Assembly: GCA_049297675.1 (NCBI GenBank)
Contig: JBAQUS010000004.1
Location: 13,188-77,187 of the forward strand
Source: Minisyncoccia bacterium
GTDB taxonomy: Bacteria; Patescibacteriota; Minisyncoccia; Phycocordibacterales; DATDWN01
DNA: 64,000 nt
Reading direction: 5' to 3'
This document shows, in pieces, positions 9,602-18,290 of the stretch. Under the pieces are notes generated by a model. The model searched no databases, was not told the DNA's origin, and worked only from the letters and a program-made list of their open reading frames with translations. A program made the position numbers and the translations under genes. Position 1 is the first letter of the stretch, and each line of letters starts with the position of its first letter.

Positions 9602-10666
9602 TTAATTTTCCCTCTTAGCTTCATTATTTGCTCTTTCAACCATAAATTTCACTGATTCATTCATATTAATATCCTGTATCTGAATACTAGGTCTCTTATT
9701 TTTAAAAACTCTATAAATCTCATCTGCAAAAGCTTGTCCAACCGTAGGAACTTTATCGTAATCCATAATAATCACCTTAAATTTCTCAAGACCAGAAAGA
9801 ACTCTGCGGGCTTGTGATCGAGATATGTGTACTCCGCCCATAACATACAATCTAACTCTTATTTCAGTTTTATCAAATCCGTAGTCACTATTTTCACCTA
9901 CGTTTGTATACTTTTTAAATATATCACTCAGATGATGTCTATCACCAACATTCACACGAAAAGTAACCTTCGTGCCCTGTTTCTGACCTTTGACTTTTTT
10001 AATAAAAATATCTTTTATTACATTATTAGCAATAAATTGATAACCATAACTATTTAGTATAAACTCGTCACCAATTTTCGAAGTGAAAAAAATACCCTCA
10101 CCGGAGTGAAGCTTAGGGGCTGTTGTAGTTTTACCTTTAAGTAAATCTTGTATAGCTTCAATTTCAGAGTGTAAGTGTTTTTTTTGCATAATATTTCTAA
10201 AAGCACCAATACCAAAGTCGTCAACAATGAAAGTTAAGACATTTTTATTAAGAGAAACAAATATCTTTATTTTCTTTGAAGTTGAGTGTTCAATGGCATT
10301 ATTTAGCATTTCGGAAAACGCATATTCAAAAATACTTTTTACATTTTCAGATATTTTTAACACTGGAAGAAATTGCTTTTCAATATCATTAAAAATTTTA
10401 TGTTCTTCTAAATTTTTATTTGTTAGGATTTTTGAGTATGAGTTTGGCGCAAGTTTTGTATTCTTTTGCAAAAATTCTTCAGTAGTATAAAAGGCTGATC
10501 GTGTTGAGCCAATCTTAATAATCATGTTTTCATACACCAAACTTGATAGAAGTTTTGAAACGTACTGCCTAGACACACCAAAAGGCTCAATAAAATCCGA
10601 AGACCTTACCGTTCCCTTTTCTTTTATCTCTTGTATTATTTTTGCTTTAGTAAGCATTGTAAACAT
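9602..10666 (-). CDS. Three-domain protein: N-terminal wHTH, GHKL-type (histidine-kinase-like) ATPase, C-terminal STAS-like (DUF4325-like) domain
   Basis: N box EMLNNAIEHS, D box IVDDFGIGAF, G-rich GEGIFF. C-terminal ARRVLSGLEKFKVIIMDYDKVPTVGQAFADEIYRVF. Confidence 0.5.
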   Translation of the reverse strand: MFTMLTKAKIIQEIKEKGTVRSSDFIEPFGVSRQYVSKLLSSLVYENMIIKIGSTRSAFYTTEEFLQKNTKLAPNSYSKILTNKNLEEHKIFNDIEKQFLPVLKISENVKSIFEYAFSEMLNNAIEHSTSKKIKIFVSLNKNVLTFIVDDFGIGAFRNIMQKKHLHSEIEAIQDLLKGKTTTAPKLHSGEGIFFTSKIGDEFILNSYGYQFIANNVIKDIFIKKVKGQKQGTKVTFRVNVGDRHHLSDIFKKYTNVGENSDYGFDKTEIRVRLYVMGGVHISRSQARRVLSGLEKFKVIIMDYDKVPTVGQAFADEIYRVFKNKRPSIQIQDINMNESVKFMVERANNEAKREN

Positions 10667-10725
10667 AATTGTAAACTAATGCTTTTCAATTGTCAACCAA
10701 TTGTCAACCAATTCTACATCCTCTG

Positions 10726-11328
10726 TTAAATCCAGTTATTTTCCGTTAGAAAACCCTTAACCTTCTCATATATTTTACGATGTCCTTCAGCATTGGGATG
10801 CAGACCATCATCAAAGTCCTCATTTTCAAGTAACCCTACATCTAGAAAAGGAACGTTGTTTTCTCTACAAACCTCTTCCATTATCTTGCTATATTTCTTT
10901 ATATTCTCATTTGTGTAATAAATAGGAATCCAAGGTACTGGGGTTGTTTTAGATTCATCACAGTTTTTCAAATCCATAAAAACAATTTTGTCAGTAATCT
11001 TTTTTGCTCTTTTGATTATTTCTTCAAGATTACTCCTGAATTTCTCTGGCTGAACCATAAAATTACCTGGTTTATCATAAGAAGCATCATTACCACCAGT
11101 TTGAAATATAATTGCATCAGCACCTCTTATCTTTGCTTCATTTTCAAATCTCTCCAAAATTGTCTCTGTTGTTCCTCCAGAAATACTTTGATTATATATT
11201 TCTACATAATCTTCGTCTCTTTTTGCAACATAAAACCAAAGACGATTTACCCATCCACCTTTTTCCATATCCCAAGCGCCCCAAGCTGTGCTATCTCCAA
11301 ATATACAAATAGATTCTGGCTTTTTCAT
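10726..11328 (-). CDS. SGNH/GDSL-family hydrolase
   Basis: GDSTAWG (block I), QTGGNDAS (block III), DGLHPN (DxxH block V). Confidence 0.7.
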   Translation of the reverse strand: MKKPESICIFGDSTAWGAWDMEKGGWVNRLWFYVAKRDEDYVEIYNQSISGGTTETILERFENEAKIRGADAIIFQTGGNDASYDKPGNFMVQPEKFRSNLEEIIKRAKKITDKIVFMDLKNCDESKTTPVPWIPIYYTNENIKKYSKIMEEVCRENNVPFLDVGLLENEDFDDGLHPNAEGHRKIYEKVKGFLTENNWI

Positions 11329-11413
11329 ATAGTTTCTAAAGGATAAATATCAATACCCCCGCAACATTTTCTTCAGTTTCTCCATGTCTAACTAAAAATA
11401 ATTTCATATAAAT

Positions 11414-11977
11414 TTATATATCTAAGTTAATTACTTTGTACTCATATTCCTTAAGAAATAAATTCTCTAAGTCTTGTGCTATATCTTTGAATACATCCTT
11501 ATATTCCTCTTTATAATGGGGAATGATTTTAAGAGGAAGAATACCAAGACCTTCCATTATTTGATTTGCACTTGGACTAAAGAAGAATCTACCAAATACA
11601 TTCGCACCAGCTGACTCTCCAGCTACGGTTTTTCCTTTCAATGAGTCTTTCAATTCAGGAAACTTTTTCAATGCCTCTAGTAGTTTTAGAGAAGTGCCAC
11701 CTTGAAAATATATAATATCCGCATATTTTACCTGTTCAATAAAAGACTCTTCATTCGCAACCTCAAAGTTAAGTTTCTCTTGGTGTTTATTTTGATTAAA
11801 TTCACCCTTAACTCTTTCTGTGGTGATATGTATTCGTTCAATATCTTTTGCAAAAGGAACAATCAAAACCTTTGCATTTTCAGGAGCATCTTTCAGGATT
11901 TCCTTATAGAAATCTGAATTATTCTCTTCTTGATTACCAGGAGTGAACCCCCCATGGAGAATAAACTTTGTTTTCAT
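11414..11977 (-). CDS. Peptidase S51 (dipeptidase E/cyanophycinase-like) family protein
   Basis: IIYFQGGTSLKLL and VAGESAGANVFG motifs typical of S51. Confidence 0.5.
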   Translation of the reverse strand: MKTKFILHGGFTPGNQEENNSDFYKEILKDAPENAKVLIVPFAKDIERIHITTERVKGEFNQNKHQEKLNFEVANEESFIEQVKYADIIYFQGGTSLKLLEALKKFPELKDSLKGKTVAGESAGANVFGRFFFSPSANQIMEGLGILPLKIIPHYKEEYKDVFKDIAQDLENLFLKEYEYKVINLDI

Positions 11978-12381
11978 ATAACTTTACCTAAATTACCATT
12001 CAAAATAATAGCGTCATAAGCCTGGAGTTCATCGTCAATGTATTTTTGATGTGGTAAAGAATTAAGAACAAAAATTTTCTTATCTCTATAATGAGCAAAC
12101 GCCATTTCAAGAAAAGTGCTAGCGCCAATATAATTTTCGATATCTCCTTTTGTATAATTACAGACTAATATAGCATCTGAGGCTTCAATTTTGTCTAAAT
12201 GTACTTTTGCTAAATTTAAACTTTTCTTTGCTTCCACACGACTCGAGCCATCTTCACTGAAATAATCTACATTTTCAACCTTTATTGGTCTGTACACTTC
12301 ATGACCATTGGCCTCAAGTTGTTTTTGAATTTCAATCATATTATCAAAAAACTTTATTGATCCACAAAGCGTAATTTTCAT
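11974..12381 (-). CDS. Nucleoside 2-deoxyribosyltransferase-like protein
   Basis: ITLCGSIKF N-terminus and ILVCNYTKGDIENYIGASTFLEMAFAHYRDKKIF resemble the NDT/PF05014 fold. 4-nt overlap with the upstream gene. Confidence 0.45.
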   Translation of the reverse strand: MKITLCGSIKFFDNMIEIQKQLEANGHEVYRPIKVENVDYFSEDGSSRVEAKKSLNLAKVHLDKIEASDAILVCNYTKGDIENYIGASTFLEMAFAHYRDKKIFVLNSLPHQKYIDDELQAYDAIILNGNLGKVI

Positions 12382-12384
12382 AAG

Positions 12385-12945
12385 TTATGATTTTAATCCG
12401 AATAATTTTTGACCCTCATCAAACAAATCGAGCATATCCTTCGAAAGAATGAGTGGGATAAACTTTTGTCTATCTTCTGGAGTAAGATTGTTTAGAGAAT
12501 CAATCTTCCAAGCTTCAAAGCCTATCGCTTTACCGGACTCGACCTGAAGGTCGCTGACCTTACCATCAAAAAGATAAACGTATTGTGAACGAATAGTATT
12601 ATTCGTAAGTTTTGTTACTTCATCAAAACTTTTCTTAAACATCTTTTTTACTAGCTTTAATTTTGAAAGATCTACATTAATTCCAGTTTCTTCTTTACAT
12701 TCTTTAACCGCTGTCTCATCATAAGTCATTTTTGGATCAACATGCCCACCAACAGTTGCATCAAGAAGATCTGGATATGTGTCTTTATCTTTTGCTCGAT
12801 GTTGGAAAACAATCTCCCTATCTGGAGTTATAAACCAAATATGAATTTCGCGATGCAATAATCCTTTTTCATGAACAGTTTTCCTTGGTTCAAGACCAAT
12901 TATTTCATCATTTTCATTTACAACTTCAAGCATTTCTTCTTTCAT
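12385..12945 (-). CDS. Nudix hydrolase
   Basis: Nudix box GGHVDPKMTYDETAVKECKEETGI. Confidence 0.7.
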   Translation of the reverse strand: MKEEMLEVVNENDEIIGLEPRKTVHEKGLLHREIHIWFITPDREIVFQHRAKDKDTYPDLLDATVGGHVDPKMTYDETAVKECKEETGINVDLSKLKLVKKMFKKSFDEVTKLTNNTIRSQYVYLFDGKVSDLQVESGKAIGFEAWKIDSLNNLTPEDRQKFIPLILSKDMLDLFDEGQKLFGLKS

Positions 12946-12960
12946 ATTTAGTATAATAAC

Positions 12961-12995
12961 AAAAAATCACCGAGTTGTATCGGTGATTTTTTGTC
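12961..12995 (-). terminator. Rho-independent terminator downstream of tRNA-Gln (A-run/hairpin/T-run, bidirectional in form)
   Basis: AAAAAATCACCGA-GTTGTA-TCGGTGATTTTTTGT. Near-identical copy at 33931-33968 downstream of tRNA-Trp. Confidence 0.7.
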
Positions 12996-13082
12996 TTGAA
13001 TACTGCACTCAGCAGGTATGCTATGTCGGAATAGGTACTTGAGCCATTTCGACCCTCCTCGGAGTCCGAAACTATCTCAAGC

Positions 13083-13156
13083 TGGCTGGGGGGGAAGGAA
13101 TCGGACCTTCATTAGAAGCTTCAAAGGCTCCTGTCCTACCATTAGACGACCCCCCA
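13083..13156 (-). tRNA. tRNA-Gln (anticodon UUG), CCA encoded
   Basis: Hand-folded cloverleaf: acceptor TGGGGGG/CCCCCCA, D-loop AATGGTAG, anticodon loop CTTTGAA, T-arm GAAGG-TCCGATT-CCTTC, 3' GCCA. Confidence 0.75.
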
Positions 13157-13436
13157 AATTTCTAGAATCAGGAAATCGGTCACAAATAATTTTCTGATGA
13201 AAATTTTCGCGACCCCGCCTCCTTCGTCTTCACTCAGTCCGGCCTTGCAAAAACATAACATGTTTTCTCACCCCTCTAAAGGCTTCAAAGGCCTCTGTTC
13301 TAGCGTGGGGCGTCTCCCAATATGCAATACAGTAACACTTTTTTTTGTCATCCTCAACTATTAGTCTAATCCAATTCACAATTACATACAAATATAAATT
13401 GATTAAACTTTAACTACTAATTAATTTACTTTGCTA

Positions 13437-13472
13437 TACACTTAACTTATGCTATAGCATAAGTTAAGTGTA
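13437..13472. promoter_or_regulatory. 36-nt perfect palindrome TACACTTAACTTATGCTA|TAGCATAAGTTAAGTGTA, 26 nt downstream of the PaaX-like gene stop
   Basis: Perfect 18+18 inverted repeat. Related to the palindrome at 14084-14130. Confidence 0.5.
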
Positions 13473-13498
13473 TGTAGTCTTAGTATAGTATTTTAAGT

Positions 13499-14071
13499 TC
13501 AATCGAGAGAAAGAGAAAATAATTTTCTAATTCTCTTATCACCTTCGATAGAATCTGCAATTATGTAAAGTAGATCCTTCCCTATTTTGAAATCAGCTTT
13601 CAGTAAATTAATAAAGTCCTCACAATCGTAAGGGTAAATCCAGACACTATCTTGTAATCTCAGAAAACCAACACTACTAAGAGTCAACCTGACCTTGTTT
13701 CTAAGAATTTTTCTTGTTTCGGGAATATCAAAAATGAGCATTCTCCATCTTTTATCCCATTTCTTTGGTTTGCTAATTTTCCAATCCCTTATTTCCATGC
13801 CTTCTAAATATTTTAGTCCCTTTTCAGTTATTCTTATTAACCCGTTCTCACGTCCTAAAAATCCATTTTGTAGCAATTTATCACGAGATCTAGCCATTAC
13901 TTCTCTCTGCCTCTTTATCGGCTTAAAACCTGCTTTCTCTAGATACTGAACGGCATTAGGAGCAAGCAGTGCGAGACTGACATACCCCGCTAACTTTACT
14001 GAGGTTAGTATTATTTTTTTGAGATCATTTCTTGCCTTCCTTTTTCTTGATTTATTCTCTATATCCCCCAT
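13499..14071 (-). CDS. PaaX-family-like transcriptional regulator (wHTH plus PaaX_C/Cas2-like C-terminal domain)
   Basis: WRMLIFDIPETRKILRNKVRLTLSSVGFLRLQDSVWIYP matches the PaaX C-terminal signature (W..v.fdvPe..R..lr..L...Gfg.l..svW). Confidence 0.5.
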   Translation of the reverse strand: MGDIENKSRKRKARNDLKKIILTSVKLAGYVSLALLAPNAVQYLEKAGFKPIKRQREVMARSRDKLLQNGFLGRENGLIRITEKGLKYLEGMEIRDWKISKPKKWDKRWRMLIFDIPETRKILRNKVRLTLSSVGFLRLQDSVWIYPYDCEDFINLLKADFKIGKDLLYIIADSIEGDKRIRKLFSLSLD

Positions 14072-14083
14072 TATTCGAATATA

Positions 14084-14130
14084 TCATATACACTTAACTA
14101 GTGCTATAGCACTGATTAAGTGTATATGAT
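14084..14130. promoter_or_regulatory. 47-nt near-perfect palindrome TCATATACACTTAACTAGTGCTA|TAGCACTGATTAAGTGTATATGA, 13 nt upstream of the PaaX-like start; candidate operator
   Basis: 23+23 inverted repeat with one dinucleotide swap. Shares ACACTTAACT...GCTATAGC...AGTTAAGTGT with 13437-13472. Confidence 0.5.
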
Positions 14131-14280
14131 AGTTACGTAATATGCGTTAGTGTGTCTAATTCGTGTGCTAATATGTTTGTCTAGGACTATCAATAATATA
14201 TTATGAATCTATAATCAGTTTATTTATTCTGCTATTATTACAAATGTTACTAATCCTTCGTAGAATTCAAGAAAACGATA

Positions 14281-14958
14281 ATGCAAACTAATGTGGACCA
14301 AGTAGAGAAATTAAAAAATAAATTAATTGGTAGTAGGATTTCAGGTTTAGCTCTAGACATAGATGAAACACTTGCAGATTCAAACACACATTGGTTCGAA
14401 AATATGTTTAAATTCCACGCACCAGAGGGACTGAATCTAAAGGACGTCATGAGTAAACATAAATTTGTGGAGGAGGTTCCTGAATGGTCTACTGTAGAAG
14501 CTTTTGAATTCATGCAGGAAATGCTCCATTCGGAAGAATTCAATGAGTCAGTTCCTCTAATTGAAGATTCTAACCATATTGTAAATAAAATAGACAAGCT
14601 AATTCCAATAGTTGCTTATATAACAGCAAGACCTAGCACTGTGATTAACGCCACAAATAGATGGCTAAAAAGACATGACTTTCCTGCGGTTGACTTGATA
14701 ACTCGCCCACATGACATACAAGCTACTGTAACTGATATTATAGACAGAAACAAATGGAAAGCGAAAATCCTAATTGATCTCTTTCCATATGTTTCAGGAA
14801 TTATCGATGACAACTTGCTATTAGCACAATCACTTGACGATCTAGGTTACAAAGGTACGCTCTATCTTTATGGAACCAAAACAACAAAGTTTGATCACAT
14901 GAATCATGTTATAACATGCCCTACATGGAATGATGTTTTAGATAATATAGTAAAATAA
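14281..14958 (+). CDS. HAD-superfamily hydrolase (5'(3')-deoxyribonucleotidase-like)
   Basis: Motif I LALDIDETLADS (DxDxT) near the N-terminus. Confidence 0.45.
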   Translation: MQTNVDQVEKLKNKLIGSRISGLALDIDETLADSNTHWFENMFKFHAPEGLNLKDVMSKHKFVEEVPEWSTVEAFEFMQEMLHSEEFNESVPLIEDSNHIVNKIDKLIPIVAYITARPSTVINATNRWLKRHDFPAVDLITRPHDIQATVTDIIDRNKWKAKILIDLFPYVSGIIDDNLLLAQSLDDLGYKGTLYLYGTKTTKFDHMNHVITCPTWNDVLDNIVK

Positions 14959-15005
14959 ATAAAAAAAATAATAATTACAATTGTCTTAATTTTACTAGGA
15001 AGTGA

Positions 15006-16025
15006 CTAACTATTTATAATATTTATAAGAGCAAGTTCAAGTGGAAGAGATGGAATATATGAGGTTCCCACTCTCTCATAAGAATTTAGAAGTTCAATAA
15101 GTGTTTTGGATGAAAAATCCCCTGAAGCTTTGGCTATTTTAGATACAAACTCAAATTCCTTTTCTGATAGTTTGTTTTTGACTGAATTTTCTGTCCCAAA
15201 GCGGACAAGTAATACTGCTCTGGTAGTTTGTAGTATTAGTTTCAAAAATACAGACATATCTATGTTTTGTGATACAGCTTTTTTTACTGCATTAAGTCCA
15301 TTTTCAAGTTTCTTTTCGCTAATTGACTCAAGTATTTCATGAACTAACTCAACAGATGGTGCTCCTGTAACAAGCCGGACTTCTTCTTCTGAAATTTTTT
15401 TGTCCTTTGTATAAGACAAGACTTTTTGTAAAATTCCTTGAGTATCACGAAAAGAACCATCTCCCAAAAGTGCGATGAGCTCGGCAGAAGAATCTTCAAT
15501 CGAATACCCTTCTTTTTTGGATATATTCAATGCAACCTTTTTCAATGTTTCTTCACTTGGTTTTTTGAAAGTAAAGACTTCACAGCGTGAGAGAACAGTT
15601 TCTGGAATTTTGTGCGTTTCCGTGGTGGCTAAAATGAAAACAACATGAGAGGGTGGCTCCTCCAAAGTTTTTAGTAGTGCATTTGAAGCGGACTTTGAGA
15701 GCATGTGAACTTCATCCAAAATGTAAACTTTGTATTTTGACTCAAAAGGTAATGTAAAAACTGATTCGTTCAGTGACCTAATATCATCTACTGAAGTATT
15801 TGAAGCGGCATCAATCTCATATATATCGTTTTGAGTTGTGCCAATTTCCTTTGCAAATATTCTGGCAACCGAAGTCTTACCGGTCCCCCTAGTACCAGAA
15901 AAAAGATAGGCGTGGGAGATGTTACCTGAGCCTACTTCAGCCTCTAAAACCTTTACAACATGGTCCTGACCAATAACATCTTTAAATTTTGCTGGGCGAT
16001 ATTTACGATATAGTGACTCTGACAT
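15006..16025 (-). CDS. dnaX: DNA polymerase III subunit gamma/tau (short form)
   Basis: YRPAKFKDVIGQDHVVKVLEA, Walker A GTRGTGKTS, ILDEVHML and sensor SRC motifs. Confidence 0.8.
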   Translation of the reverse strand: MSESLYRKYRPAKFKDVIGQDHVVKVLEAEVGSGNISHAYLFSGTRGTGKTSVARIFAKEIGTTQNDIYEIDAASNTSVDDIRSLNESVFTLPFESKYKVYILDEVHMLSKSASNALLKTLEEPPSHVVFILATTETHKIPETVLSRCEVFTFKKPSEETLKKVALNISKKEGYSIEDSSAELIALLGDGSFRDTQGILQKVLSYTKDKKISEEEVRLVTGAPSVELVHEILESISEKKLENGLNAVKKAVSQNIDMSVFLKLILQTTRAVLLVRFGTENSVKNKLSEKEFEFVSKIAKASGDFSSKTLIELLNSYERVGTSYIPSLPLELALINIINS

Positions 16026-16042
16026 GAAAGTAGTATAAACGA

Positions 16043-16069
16043 ATCAGACCGCGGAGTACACACGCGGTC
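16043..16069 (-). terminator. Hairpin CAGACCGCG-GAGTACACA-CGCGGTCTG between an upstream noncoding region and dnaX
   Basis: 9-bp perfect stem. Weak U-tract. Confidence 0.35.
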
Positions 16070-16500
16070 TGATAATCTGAATGCTGAACTACATAGGCGG
16101 CTTCTTCTCTACCCTGAGACCACGAAGTGTGTGATTACGTCGGAAACGCACCATTATGACATTTCCGTTTCGTTTGATGTATCTAAATGGAATATTGCGC
16201 TTTTTTGTGAAAACATGTGCAACACAATCCATTCTGGGGAAACTGGTTTTGAACACCAAAGGTGATCTCATGATGGCCCCCTGTTTCTAGTAGAACAGTA
16301 ACATTGTATTAAAAATAAAGTCAAACAATTTTGTGTAAAAAAACAAAGAGGTCTAGTGACCCCTTGAAACAGACAAAACAAAACTGAATAAAACGACTCG
16401 GTGCACAAAGCCCTCACCACCCCTGGTTATGGACAGCTTTGCGGAGAATCCCGCCGGACTGCCAATGCACCGAGTCAATTACACACTACTATAAAAAATA

Positions 16501-17493
16501 TTAGTCGTCAATTTTTTTAATATATTTTTCGATTACCTTTTCTACATCTAGGGAATTATTAGTTTCCATGAGTTTAATTCTTAACTCCTTTGCACTCCAT
16601 CCACTTAGATGAACATCAAAACCCGTCACATATGCTTTGAAATGTTTTTTCATAATTGAAAAATTTTTATGAGGTAGCATTTCTTCAAATAGTTTTGTGT
16701 GCTCAATCAGAATTTTCAGTTTTTCTTCTACATTAATTGGTAATTTCGATTCAGAAAAAAGCCATGGGTTTCCAAAAATAGCTCTTCCGAGCATTGCACC
16801 ATCACAACGATTCTCAAGACACTTTCTTCTAGCGTCCTCAATATCAATCAAGTCACCATTTCCAAAAATTAGAGTTTTACTTTTCTTACCATTTGAGTTT
16901 ACAAACGCATTTCGAATCTTAACAGCTCTTTTTACATGTTCCCATCTAGCTGGCACGAGTGACATCTCCTTTCGGGTACGTGCGTGAATTGTTATAACAG
17001 CAGGCTCCGCTTCAAGCAAAGTAGGTAGCCACGTTTCGAGTTCATTTTTATTGTATCCAATTCTAGTTTTGACAGAAACAGGAAGATCTCCCGCACCCCT
17101 CTTAGCTGACAAAATTAACTCTTGAGCAAGTTTTGGGTTTTTAATGAGTGCGGCACCAGCACCCTGCTTCTCAACACTTTTATCTGGACAACCAATATTT
17201 ATGTCCACTCCGTCAAAACCAAGTTCATTAGCTAATCTTCCAGCCTTCTCCATCATCTCAAGACTTGATGTAAAGAACTGAGCAACAATTGGTCTTTCAC
17301 TTTCATCAAAAGCTAAATCTTTTATTAATACATCATAGCCACCTTTAAACAAACCATCAGCAGAGACAAACTCAGTCCACATTACATCGGGTTTACCATA
17401 TTTTGCAATAATATACCTAAAGGCCGGATCAGTAACGTCCGCCATAGGTGCTAGAGTCATTATCGGTTTTTTAAGTTGATCCCAAAAACTCAT
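16501..17493 (-). CDS. dus: tRNA-dihydrouridine synthase
   Basis: LAPMADVTD, DINIGCP and ITIHARTR motifs. Start placed at MSFWDQ, overlapping the folD stop. The track ORF extends further 5'. Confidence 0.75.
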   Translation of the reverse strand: MSFWDQLKKPIMTLAPMADVTDPAFRYIIAKYGKPDVMWTEFVSADGLFKGGYDVLIKDLAFDESERPIVAQFFTSSLEMMEKAGRLANELGFDGVDINIGCPDKSVEKQGAGAALIKNPKLAQELILSAKRGAGDLPVSVKTRIGYNKNELETWLPTLLEAEPAVITIHARTRKEMSLVPARWEHVKRAVKIRNAFVNSNGKKSKTLIFGNGDLIDIEDARRKCLENRCDGAMLGRAIFGNPWLFSESKLPINVEEKLKILIEHTKLFEEMLPHKNFSIMKKHFKAYVTGFDVHLSGWSAKELRIKLMETNNSLDVEKVIEKYIKKIDD

Positions 17494-18290
17494 ATGTTTA
17501 AAAACAAACAAGATAAAGTTACCGGACCAACTCCCCCAGGAACAGGAGTCACGAGTAGAGCCTTTGGAAAACAATCTGGATCAACATCACCAACAATTTT
17601 TCCCTCTGACTCACTTGTTCCTGCGTCAATTAAGATCACTCCTTCCTTTATCATGTCGGGTTTAATAAAATGAGAATCACCAGCACCAGAAATAATAATG
17701 TCAGAAGTTTTAAGTAATTCATCTTTTTTTGTTGGATCAGTATTTTTATCTATTTGAGCATAGTTTATTTTCTTCATACTAAGCATGTTTGAAACAGGCT
17801 CACCCACCAATTTTCCAGAACCAATAATCAAAATTTTTTTGTCACTTAAATCAATACCGTGATATTTTATTATTTCTTCAACGGCTCTCGAAACAGGTGG
17901 GACTTTATCTGTTTGTCCTAACTTGTATTGTCTTTTAGCATTTTCACTTAGAACATCAATATCTAAATCAACTGGAACTAGATTTAAAACTTGATCAGTG
18001 TCAAGATTTTTAGGTAATGGAAGCTGTATAACAATACCAGAATAATTTCTCAATGTAATTTCATCAATAATTCTTTTTACATCTGTAAAAGTAACGTTCT
18101 CCGGATGTTCTGAAACAATTGCTTTAATACCCAAACCTTCAGCAAAACGACATTTCATATTTATAAACTGTCTACTACCTGGATCATTTCCAAATATAAT
18201 AAAGCAAACCTTCTTTTGAGAAGCTTTTGATAGATTATTTATTATTTGCTCTTTTAACAAAGAAGCGACTTGTTTTCCGTCAGCGATCAT
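17490..18290 (-). CDS. folD: Bifunctional methylenetetrahydrofolate dehydrogenase/cyclohydrolase
   Basis: C-terminal VTPVPGGVGPVT signature. NAD(P)-binding GSGKLVG. Confidence 0.7.
   Translation of the reverse strand: MIADGKQVASLLKEQIINNLSKASQKKVCFIIFGNDPGSRQFINMKCRFAEGLGIKAIVSEHPENVTFTDVKRIIDEITLRNYSGIVIQLPLPKNLDTDQVLNLVPVDLDIDVLSENAKRQYKLGQTDKVPPVSRAVEEIIKYHGIDLSDKKILIIGSGKLVGEPVSNMLSMKKINYAQIDKNTDPTKKDELLKTSDIIISGAGDSHFIKPDMIKEGVILIDAGTSESEGKIVGDVDPDCFPKALLVTPVPGGVGPVTLSCLFLNI

Noticed and set aside
13277-13295. Possible second tRNA-Gln upstream of the first
   Set aside because: Only an anticodon-arm-like segment is present. No acceptor, D or T arms can be formed.
14250-14597. 115-aa minus-strand ORF overlapping the HAD hydrolase gene
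   Set aside because: Antisense to a motif-bearing gene (DIDETL).
16089-16271. 60-aa very basic ORF upstream of dnaX, considered as ribosomal protein L28/L33/L34
   Set aside because: No family signature could be aligned convincingly. A genuine L33 was found elsewhere (35339-35494). The region more likely encodes a structured RNA.
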